A DNA stretch of 64,000 nt from Paramoeba atlantica (taxonomy: Eukaryota > Protista > Discosea): the NCBI GenBank assembly GCA_977017575.1, contig CDRNVI010000164.1, positions 62,001 through 126,000 of the forward strand. The letters run 5' to 3'. How positions within the stretch are numbered: the first letter of the stretch is position 1; each line of letters opens with the position of its first letter. Positions 38,494-49,386 of the stretch are shown in pieces. The notes under the pieces are model-generated. The model had not been told where the DNA came from, ran no database searches, and saw nothing but the letters and a program-made list of their open reading frames with translations. The position numbers and the translations under genes were made by a program.

Positions 38494-40422
38494 TTAATCT
38501 TGTAGATCTGAGAGAAGTCCTCTCCAAAGATCAACTTCTCGAACAACATGATTCAAATGCATTTGCGAAAAGAGGGTCACCTTTAGAATACAAGGAATAA
38601 ATTTCTCATTTTAAAAAAAGAAGAATAAAAGAAGGGAAAGAGAAGAAAGAAAAACCTGATTTTTGATTTCCCTGATTCTCTCTGCTTCAAACCGTTGTAA
38701 TTCAACTTTAATTTTCTCAGAGCTCTTTGTAAAATTCTCTCTTGCAATATCATCTTCTTTTTGTGCTTCGTCCAAATCTCTTTTTGCTTTTGAATGGTCT
38801 GGACTGGTCATTGGAAGTCTGTCTAACTTATCTCTTCGTTGTTGAAGGGTACTAGACGTTGATTGAAATTTTGCGAGGAGTTCGAGACGATGCTCGAGGA
38901 CAGCTTTGACCTAGAAAAAAGAAAAAAAGAAAAATCAGAAAGAGTTTGTTTCTACTCAAAAAAAAACACAATGAATTTTTTTACTCTTCATTTTTTGAAG
39001 TCCCCCTCCCCCCCCAAAAAAAAACGAAAAGAAAAAAAAAGAACAAAACAAAACCTGACAAATATGACGATAAGAATCTCGAATCTCTCCCGCCCAGTGC
39101 TGCTCAAGCGAATCACCAACTTCAGTATTCAAGAGACACATTTGTGTTCCAATCTCCTGAAGTCGTTGATAACTTGTAGAAATTCGACGATCTCCACCTT
39201 CACCAACACCTCCTTCTTTAATGGATAATTGTTCACAAGTTTGTGAAAAATCCACCAACTTGGAAACTCGATCACGATAGTTGGAGACAAGAGAGGAAGA
39301 ATTATCAGCGAGGGAGAGAGTCAGAGTTTCAAGGTCCGCATAATAGCTCAGTTTCGCTTCAAACCAAACGTCAACCTCCACTGGTTTGGAGAGAACAGCG
39401 TTGCTGGCAATCGAAGAAACAGTATTCCAAAACCAACCCCCTGTCGATTGGGAAGAGGATGATGAAGAAGAAGAGGAAGAAGAAGAGTCAGATGGGAGTG
39501 ACCCAGGAGTCATAAAAGTTTTAAGAGCTGAAGAAGCAGCAAGAAGAGAGTGGCCCCCAATCCTTTGCATAAATCTCGAAAGCTCATATCTGCGGGTTTC
39601 TAGAAACCGTTCATCAAATTTACTATTTCCGACTGTTATCACCTTTTATTTTGGGAGGAAAGAGAAAGGTCAATCAGTTAATGAGAGAAAACGAGAGAGA
39701 GAGAGAGAGAGAAATTGTGAAAAAAGAGGGTGGTGTGGTGTTTTTTTAGTCAAACCATCCAAAGTAAATGAGAAAACTTACTTTTTCTGGCATGGGTGGA
39801 CGGATAGCACATGGTTCAAATTTTGCTAATTGCTGAAAGAGCCATAAAAAGTCACTAAACCTTCTTTGAACTCTGACTTCACTCCGTGTCCATCCTATTT
39901 TCTATTCCGTTCAAAAAAACATCCCCCCAGAAAAAAGGAAAGAGAAAAAAAAAAGAAAGAAGAAAAACCAAAAAAGCCAAAAAAGAAAACAAAAATGATG
40001 AAAACAAAAAATAAATGAATCAAACCAGGAGCAGTAGATTTACAAACAACTGTATAAACAGCATAAGCACTCATCCCTTCACCACTCTTCTTTGGATCAA
40101 TCACTCGAAATTCGAAATGAGATTCTTCTGGTTCTCTCAACCCCGCCATCGAAACAGGAGTCATTCCTTGATTTGCTCCGCTCTTGAATGAATCTTCTCT
40201 CTTTTGTTCAAAAGAAGAAGAAGAAGAAGGAGAAGAAGAAGAAGGAGTAGAAGAAGGAGGAGAAGAAGAAAGAGGATTTTCTGTTCCTTGTACTTCGTAT
40301 TGGTCAAGAACAGAAGGTTCTCCCCATTGGTTTTCTTCTGGAATTTCGTGCATATTCAAAATAGAATCATCGACTGTTGTAACTTCTGTTGTGAAGATGT
40401 CATCACCACCAAATGACGACAT
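38494..40422 (-). CDS. PX-BAR sorting nexin (SNX1/2-Vps5-like)
   Basis: PX motifs FRVIDPKK, AYAVYTV, VQRRFSDFLWL, RPPMPEK and FLETRRYEL. BAR helices ending ELQRFEAER, then VDLWRGLL. Confidence 0.88.
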
Positions 40423-40748
40423 TTTTGAAAGAGAGAGAGAGAGTGTTTCTTTCTTTCTTTCTTTCCTTTTCTTTTTTTTTCTTTCCCCAAAAAAAAAACA
40501 ACACCAAAACGCCAAAAAGAAAGAAAAAGAAAAGAACGGTTGATTTTTTATATTTTATCTATTATTATTTTTACTAATATAAAATAAATAAAAATGCTTT
40601 ACTACTTTTATTTAAGGGAGTAAATATTTCTTTTGCCGATTTTGATTTTTTTTTTTTGTGAGAGACTGTTTTTTTGTTTCTTTTTTGTCTTCTTTTGTTC
40701 CCAGAACATTTTTTGGATCATCTCTTCTCTTTTTCCTCTTTCCCAAGA

Positions 40749-41056
40749 ATGACTGAACAAATCGTAATCGAAGGAAAACGCTTCAATCAACCCGAACATG
40801 ATTGCCAGAAAGATAAAAATGATGGTCCTTGTATCGGAGAAGGATGTCGAAAATCTCACTTCCAAGAAGTTTGTAATGTTTGCGGAATTTCTTATGGTCA
40901 ACATAGTGGACATAAATGTCCTGTTGGAAATACAACAGGACATTTTAGTGGACGTTTGTCTTTCTTGTTCTTTTTAAGTTTTTTTTTCGATTCTTTTTCA
41001 CGAATTCTTTTTTTTGAACTTCAGATGCAAATATCAAACCAGCGAAACGAGGTTAA
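40749..41056 (+). CDS. Small (~79 aa) Cys/His-rich putative zinc-binding protein, ends HANIKPAKRG*
   Basis: ATG at 40749. HDC..C..C..H..CNVC..H..HKC pattern. Phase-1 intron to terminal exon 41025-41056. Confidence 0.65.
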
Positions 41057-41172
41057 ACGAATACCAAAGAACGCAAAGGTGAAAGGAAAAACATTCTGTT
41101 TGTTTGAAGAAACCCAACAGAATTTTCAAGAAAAACAGTTCATCCACAAAACTCTTTTATTTCAATTTTTCT

Positions 41173-43802
41173 TTAAAAAGGGGCGTACCAAGCGACAATA
41201 TCGAAAACCATCAAGTTTGATGTGGCATAAGGATTGGCAAACACTCCAAAGACAATGGTGTGATCTAAAAAAAATGTTTAGAAACAAAAAAAGAAGAAAA
41301 GAAGTGAATAAGGAAAAGTCAATTTAAAAAACAAGAAAAAGAAAAGAAAAGAAAAGAAAAGGAAGAATGAAAAAGACCAGAAAAATCAGCAGTGATATCA
41401 ATTTGATGAAGAGGAGAGTCAGCAGCTCGTTCAACAGCATCATATGAAGTCAAAGATGGAGAGTCTTTTGCACTCGCAAAGAGCCACAAACTTCCAACAG
41501 TATTTTTCTCACGAATTGCCACAGTTAAACCAATTGACTTTGGTACATCAATGGAGAAATAAGTCCAGCTGTGGATGGAAACTGCTTGATCTCTCACAAG
41601 AACACCACTGAAAAAAAAAAAAAAGGAATTGGTGAAAGATTCAAATAAACCACAAACCACAAAAAGAACACAAAGAGAAAAAAAATATAAATAACAACAA
41701 AACAAAAACAAAACAAAAAACAAACTTTTCAAGAGCCTTGATGGGGACATTACAATCATCACCACCCCATCCACTTTGACAAACACAAACACTGTTGCCT
41801 CCTATACAAGAACCATGAGAATTTGGAGTACAAGCACAATTTGCTGCTTCGCTGATTGACATGGTGTATTGACAATCTTTGAATCCGTAAACTCCAATAT
41901 GCCTTTTGAGAAAGAGAAACAGTTGGTTGGTTAGGAACATGAAAAAGAAAGAAAAAAAGAAAACCAATGGGGGTGACAAAACAAAATCGAGACAATTATT
42001 ATAAAGAAACATGAATTAAAAGTATTACCAGGTTCCTCGATCAGGAGATGGAATAGTAAGATAAGAGTTTGTAAGGTTTGAGTTATCATAATAGAGATAG
42101 TTGAAAAAGTTGGGTGGGTTCCCTTTGTTAACATACACATCACAATCTGCGTCTTCGTTCGTCTACAATAATAAAAAATGAGTTTATTCTTCTTTTTCAA
42201 AATCTAAAAGAAAAAAGAAAGGAGGAGGGATAACAAACTTGTTGAAGAGAAATTACAGCATTAGTCACGGTATCAAGATTAATAAAGTAATAGTTCCAAG
42301 CACCTTCTCCAGCAAAACTACATATCAAAAAAAAAGAGAAAGAAAAGGGTAAGAGGATCTCTTCTTTGGATATCTTCTAGAAAGAAAAAATGTACCCAGA
42401 AGTTGGATCTTCAAAAGTGAGAGCACTATCTTGATGTTCACAAGATGGCCCAGAGAAGTCGGTGTTACATGAACAAGATCCGCTTTGACATTGTCCTAAA
42501 ATCAAAAAAAAAATATTCAGTCAACCAATTGAAAGGATCAAGATTTGTGGTTATGGTTTTGTTTTGTTTTGGTGTGGGAAGGGGGAGGGGACTTCAAAAA
42601 CAAAATGATTAACCATGGTTTGAACACTGATTCGGACAATTGTCATCTGCAATAATTGTTGCGATCATCCAATAAGAGGATGTTTCACGAGCATGAATAC
42701 CAATAAAGTATTCAGTGTTTCCTCGAGGCTAAAAAAAAAAATAAACGATTTTTTAATCAAATCCATCAAAAAAGAGAGAGGGTAAACAAAAAAAAGAAAG
42801 AAAGAAAGAAAAACACAAAAAAGACAACAGAAATTCTTTCTTTTTACCTGAGAAAGAATAATTCTCATAACTGTATCCTCACCACCAGGAGGAGTGCGAT
42901 AATCATAATCACGAAGAGTAGGAATTCGACCAGCAGCAAGATACATATCAGCTTCATTGGTATCTTCACCCTCTCCATCCAAATGAAGTTCAAATCTCAG
43001 TTTATTGGGGCGATCAGTGACTTTCATACTAAAGTATTCCCACCCTTCCACATTAACTCGGAAGTTTTGTTGACCAGATGGAGTGAGTTGGTATCGAAGG
43101 GCACATCTTTCCCCAGTAAACCCCTCAAAGCAAGAGCACTCATCAGATCCACCAAGACACTCTCCACTTAAAATGCTATCACATTGGCATGCTGATCCAA
43201 CTGTGTATTGGAAAGTATAATCACAACCCATATAGCCGTGAACGCCAAAGAAATAGGATCCCTCTAACCAAAGAAAAGAATTGGTTGGTTCAAAATTCCC
43301 CAAAATCTTTTGAAAAGATTTCCGAAAAAGAAAAAAAAAAAGACAAAAAGACAAAACCAGCAGCGAATGACAATTGACTTTGGACATTCATCGAGAAATC
43401 ACGGTAAAGGTAATCTTCAAATGTTGGGAAAGTTGCTTGCCTGACATAGAAGTCCAAATCACAAAACCCCTCTCCTGCTTGTTTCAGGGTTGCGGTGAGG
43501 ATCCCAGATTCTTCAAAGAAAAAAAAAAGGTTTTAGAGATTCAACAAGGAAGAAGAAGAAGAAAAAAAAGATTTGTGAAGAAAGTTAAAATGAATTCAAA
43601 AAGATATACCAAGGATGTTGACGTAGTAGTAACGCCATTTGCCAGAATCGACGTTACCATGATAGAGTTGGTCTGGTCTTGTAAGTTGACTGAAAATTGT
43701 ACAGTCAGAACCCGTCCAATTGTCTTCACATACTTGTTGGCCGCTAAGAGTAACAGAAAACAGACAAAGAAAGAACACAAAAAGAAAACTAGTCTTCTCC
43801 AT
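41173..43802 (-). CDS. Secreted EGF-like repeat protein, paralogue of 21840..24829
   Basis: Signal MEKTSFLFVFFLCLFSVTLSG. EGF motifs CEDNWTGSDC, CSCFEGFTGERC and CVCQSGWGGDDC. Same module order and a C-terminal VAWYAPF*. Confidence 0.8.
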
Positions 43803-44111
43803 CTTCTCTTTTTTAAATGATCTTTTCTTTCCCTTCTTCTCTTCTCCTTCTTTCTCTCTTTTCCACAAAACAACAAACGAAAAAAAAAGAAAACAAGAGA
43901 CGGAGCGTTTGTTTTAATTCATATTCGAAAAGACTCAGATCGATTTTTTTGAACGTTTAATAAATATTATATTTTTGACAACAATCGGTTTTCAATATTA
44001 TATTAAAAATACATATAAATAATTATTTTATAAAAAATAAAAAAGAGGTAACTCCTTTCGAAAAAAGGTAACAAAAGGGTTTTTTTTTTTCTCTCTTTTC
44101 TCTTTTTCTTG

Positions 44112-45851
44112 ATGGCTGATGGATCTTTTGGGGAAATTGAACAACGATTGAAATCTCTCGAAACTTCATTTGAACAAATTTACCAATGTAAACCCGCCTG
44201 GATTAGTATCGCTCCTGGGAGGGTGAATTTGATTGGAGAACATATTGATTACAGTGACTTTGGGGTTCTTCCGATGGCAATTGAACATTCTTCCATGATG
44301 GCCTTCTTGGTTGTCGAGGAAAAAGAAAGTAAGGAGGAAGTCTCCTCCTCCAATTCTTTTGGGAGAAAAATCTTTATTCATAACAAAGATGATCGTTTCC
44401 CTTCAACCGAAGTCGAGATCCCATCTTCAACAACAACAACAACAACACAAACCCCATCATCAGGAGACGGAAACGACGGAAAGACAAACAATACATATGG
44501 AGTGAAGTTCAATCGCAAAAAACGATCATGGCATCAATTCTTCCTAGCTGGATATGTTGGTGTTCTCCAAAATTTGGCCCCTGAGTTGGGGAATCTTGAT
44601 CCAGCTCAAAGAGATCGATTATTATTTGGAGGGAAAGGAGAGAAGTGGTTTCTGTTTGTGGAAGGAAATGTTCCAGTTGGATCTGGTCTTGCTTCTTCCT
44701 CAGCACTTGTTTGTGCATCTTCTCTTCTGGTATGGTATTTTCTCATTTTTCATGTCCTTTTCTTTTGAAAATTTGTTCCGATTATTTGTCTCTTCTCATT
44801 TTCTGAGAAATAATAGACAATGCACGCACTTAGAACGCTGAAGAGTTGCCCTTCTTCTTGGAAAGGGTTCACAAAACTTCAGTTGGGATCGATCACAGCC
44901 AAATGCGAACAATATGTTGGTGCTGAATCTGGAGGAATGGATCAAGCGATCAGTCTTCTAGGAGAACAAGGAATAGCTAAAATGATTGAGTTTAATCCCT
45001 TGCGATCAACTGATGTGAGAATGCCTTCGTGTTCATCATTTGTCTTGGCAAACAGTTTAAAAGAACATTCAGTCGCGGATTCCCATTACAATCTTAGAGT
45101 TTTTGAATGTCGGTTGGCGGTTAATATCCTAGCAAAGTACCTCCTCCTTGCAAAAAAAGAGGAAGATCAATTGCCATCATCTTCTCCTTCTTCTCCGCCA
45201 CCATCCCGGTGGAAAACAATGCGAGAATTGGCCATTCATATGAACTTAAATACCGAAGAAGGTCTAAATGAAATGGCCAGTCTTGCATCAACTTATTTGA
45301 AGGAAGGTTCTTACAGAATTGAAGAGGCTGCAGCGGAACTGAATATGCCTATTGATTCTCTTGTGGAGACTTATTCGCCTCATTTCCACCCGGACGAAGG
45401 GGTCGAGTTAGAGTTGCGATTGCGGGCAAAACATGTCTTTTCAGAAGCTTCACGAGTTTTTCAATTTAAAAGAGCTTGTGATGAGTGTCAAAAGGGAGAG
45501 ATGAGTGAGGAAGTTTGTATGGAAAAACTTGGAGAACTCATGAAACAAAGTCATGAAAGTTGTCGTGACTTTTATGATTGTAGTTGTGATGAATTGAATC
45601 GATTAGTTGCAATTAGTGAGAGTCTTGGGGCGAGAGGAGCCAGACTTACAGGAGCTGGATGGGGAGGGTGGGGTGTTATTTTAGTTTCAGAAGAAAAAGC
45701 AAAACAATTTATCAACTCTCTCACTGATGAGTACTTGCTTCCTTCAGGTGTTTCACCTGAAGAAGTTTCAAAGAATGTTGTTTGGTCAAAGCCAAGTGCA
45801 GGTGCGCGACTCTACAATGTTCGATCTCAAGAGTGGGTTTTGTTATTATAA
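44112..45851 (+). CDS. GALK: Galactokinase / N-acetylgalactosamine kinase (GHMP family)
   Basis: APGRVNLIGEHIDY; GSGLASSSA; GGMDQAIS; HVFSEASRV; GARLTGAGWGG; one intron. Confidence 0.93.
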
Positions 45852-45939
45852 AAGAGAGATAGACGAGAAAATTGAAAAATAATAAATCACAATAAAAAAA
45901 AATTATATCATATTCTTCTCAGGCTTCAGTTAGAGAAAA

Positions 45940-47839
45940 TTAATCAGAAACACTATCAGAAGAGACAATGATCCCACCAGAATTCTGCTGTTTGGAGAGC
46001 GACTCGTGGTCCAATCCAGAACCCCCAAAAAGCCACATATTTGATGAACGTTTCTTTTCAATCTCAACATACCCATCACCTCTCCTTTTCTCTTGATGAT
46101 CCGTTATCCAAAGGATTAAAGCAGACCCTGATCCAACAATAATCACGACAGACATACACAAATGACCCAAGACAAACGATTCTGTTACTCCTGTTGAAAG
46201 AAGATCGTCTCCATCTTCTTCTTTCACTGTCAATCCATAAAGATTGGGACCAACAATTCCCCCCAGATTTCCAATTGAGATAAGAAATGCAGTGCCAACA
46301 GCACGTTCTGATGTTGGTTTCGATTTATAGGTGCTTGAAAACCATGCTAAGATTGGTGGCATACTGTTGGAATAAAAAAAAAGGAGAAGGGAAAAAGAGA
46401 ATTTTTTTTTAATAAGAAAATATGAAATTATTTTAGCAAGGACAAAAAAGAAAAGTAAACCTTGACTGAATCCCAGCATTTGCAATCATAACACTGATGA
46501 TTGACAACGTATTAATCTCATAATTCGCCGAAAAAGTGAGAGTCACAAACGCAAAACCACAAACACATGTAGTTATAAAAGTAAACATTCCATGATCTCC
46601 TGTCTTATCAGAAAAATAAGACACCACAAGAATCGCAATGGTGGTCAAAGTATAAGAAGGAACAGTCATTAAATTTGCTCCCAATTCATCAAATCCCATC
46701 TCAGTTAAGAGAGTTGGGAGATAAAATCCAAGGGAATAGGCGACTGTAACCTGACAAAAATAAAGAAAAGAAAAAGCCCAGGTTCGTTTCGAAGAAAGGA
46801 CAAGAATGAGAGCTTCTTTTGTACTACTTCCCATTTTCTCAAGGGATGGTTGCAATCTTGTTGTTGCCAACTCTTTTTCATCAGGTGAAAGCCAAGAAGA
46901 TTTCTCTGGACGATCCGGGAGAAAGAAGAAAGCTACCACTCCAACAATCATGGAAGCAACTCCTTCAATTAAGAAAAGCCATTGCCATCCATCAAGCCAC
47001 CAATCAATTCGAAGAACACCATAGGCAATTAAACCTCCAACTGCTCCTGCTACTGCTGATGCTGAGTACATGTATGCGATACGAGAAGTATATTCGCTCC
47101 CCTGAGGTTTGGAAAGTAAAAATAATGAGAAAAAAGAAGGAAAAAAGAAGTAAAAAGAAAACCCTTTTCCCCTCAAATCTTTTTGCCCTTGGTAATGAAA
47201 CAAAAGAAGATAGATTACCTTATACCAATAGTTTGTTAAATAGAAGACGAGACCAGGAAACAATCCAGCTTCTGCGACACCAAGAAAGAAACGAACAATA
47301 ATTAGATCAACAAATGATTTGACAAAGATTGTTGCAGCGGAGATTAACCCAAAGAAAAAAACCAAAGATCCAATCCACCTATTGTTTTTTTTTTTTTAAA
47401 TGGTTCAATCAAAAAAAAGTTGAAAGAAGAAGAAGAAGAAGAAGAAGAGAGAAGAGAGAAGAAATTCTCTGAAAGAACAAAAAAACTGAGGAGAGATCCC
47501 CAAAGAATTAAAAACGGACAATGAGGGGGAAAAGAGAAAAAGAAAAAGAAATATTGAATACCAGGAAGGCCTCGTCTTCTTCAAAGCAACATTCGAAGGA
47601 ATCTCCATCAAAATATAACCAACAAAAAAGATCGCAACAGCAAAAGAAAACTCCCACTCTTTCAAACCAAGAGCAGAAACCAAATCATCATGTACATTCC
47701 CAACATTAATTCGATCAAGATATGCCACAAAGTACAACACAAATGATGCTGGGATGATGTGCCGATCGATTTTGGAGAGGAGATTCTTTTCATCTGTGGG
47801 GATTGATTGGTTTTTCCCTCCTTCTTCTTCGTCTTCCAT
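45940..47839 (-). CDS. MFS transporter, allantoate/nicotinate permease (ACS) family
   Basis: KIDRHIIP, YLDRINVGN, FFVGYILMEIPSN, RFFLGVAEAGLFPG, GWQWLFLIEG and IGNLGGIVGP; multiple TM segments. Confidence 0.9.
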
Positions 47840-48116
47840 CTTTTAGAGATTCAAAAAGAAAGACGGAAAAGGAAGAAAAAGATGAAAGAAGAAGAAGAGA
47901 AGAAGAAGGGAAAAAAGAATCTCGCACCGCGAAAAAAGAAACCCAGAAAACTCTGCGAAGGAAAACAACCGTTTTTATCTATAAATAATAATTTTTATTT
48001 CGGAAACAACTGTTTTTGACTATAAATAGAAAAGAGGGTTTTTCGTTTCTTTTTTTCTGCTTTTTGTTGGTTCATTTTTTTGGGGATTAATTTTAATTTT
48101 GGAGTGAGAAAAAGAG

Positions 48117-48580
48117 ATGGATTCCATCACCGTCTCTGGAGGATTTGTGGAAAAAACTGATGATCGATATGAATCAACGTGTGATGGAGTCTATGTAATC
48201 CAAAAAGATTTATACAACAAGAAACATTACTTTCGTCGATGTGAAGAAGGAAAGATTGTTCCAGGTTCGATCTATTGCGATGATAGGACAGATAAATGTC
48301 TTTATTGGAAGATTTGGCGATCAGGAAAGGGGAAAAATGATGGAGGCTGGAATTTTAGTCAAGTTCCTGATGACCCTGATTCTCCCTTTCCTCCTTTTGG
48401 TGTCTGGGTGAAAGAGAAAGCCTCAAAGGATGATTCTCTTGGTGGAAATAACTATGAGAATTTGGAAGTCCAATTTTCGGTTCTTTCTTTCTTTTCAAAA
48501 ATTCATTCTTTTGAGTTTTCTCTCTCATGTCGAACAAAAAAACACAGGGCACGGATTTAAAACCAGCTAAAAGATCATAA
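48117..48580 (+). CDS. Small Trp/Gly-rich domain protein (~131 aa), ends GTDLKPAKRS*
   Basis: ATG at 48117. Phase-0 intron after QFS; terminal exon 48548-48580. A tandem paralogue is present. Confidence 0.7.
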
Positions 48581-48710
48581 TCAATTGTTTTTTGGTTTTT
48601 CTGGGAATGGCATGTCTGACTCTTTCCCTGTAAAGGTGGAAAACAAATTGATTTTTTTCTCTTTTTTTTGGTTTTCCAGTCGAATTCTTTTCTCTTTCTG
48701 TTGTCAAGAA

Positions 48711-49132
48711 ATGGGCGCCATCGTTGTTTCTGGAGGTTTTCTGGAAAAAAATAGTGATCCATATGAATCGACATGTGATGGAGTGTATTTCATCCAAGAA
48801 GATTTGTTGGCCAATAAACATCACTTTCGTCGATGTGAAGAAGGAAAGATTGTTCCAGGTTCAATCTATTGGGATGGCCGTCTTTATTGGAAGATTTGGT
48901 CATGAAAAGGCAATGATGGTTGGAATTTTAGTCAAGTTTCTGATGACCCTGATTCCCTTTTCCCTCCTATTGGTCAATGGGTGAAAGGGAAAGCTGTGGA
49001 TGATGAATATTTTAGTGAACATTACGATGAGATTGGTTATCCATTTTTTTTTTTTTAAATTCAATTCTTCTTTGAGTTTCTTCTCAGAGATAAAAACAGG
49101 TCACGGATGTAAAGCCAGCCAAAAAATCATAA
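48711..49132 (+). pseudogene. Tandem paralogue of 48117 with in-frame TGA (48903-48905); terminal exon VTDVKPAKKS*
   Basis: Collinear with copy 1 on both sides of the stop. The splice phase to the terminal exon does not fit cleanly. Confidence 0.6.
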
Positions 49133-49386
49133 CCGAGAACTCCCAACCCCTTCTAAATCTCCCAAACTCCAAAGGTCTCCAAGTCCTCAAGTGCGCCAAA
49201 CCTTTTGGCTTTCTGCTCAAAGGGAAAAGAAACCATTTTTAACCAAATATGTCGATTAAAAAGTTTTTCTTTTTCCGTTTTTGGTTTTTTCTGTTTTTTT
49301 CTGTTTTTTCTTTTCCAGCCAAGGCGACAAAAAGGTGGGGTGGTCTCTTTGTTTGTTTTGTTTCTTTGTGATTTATTTCTTTGAGA

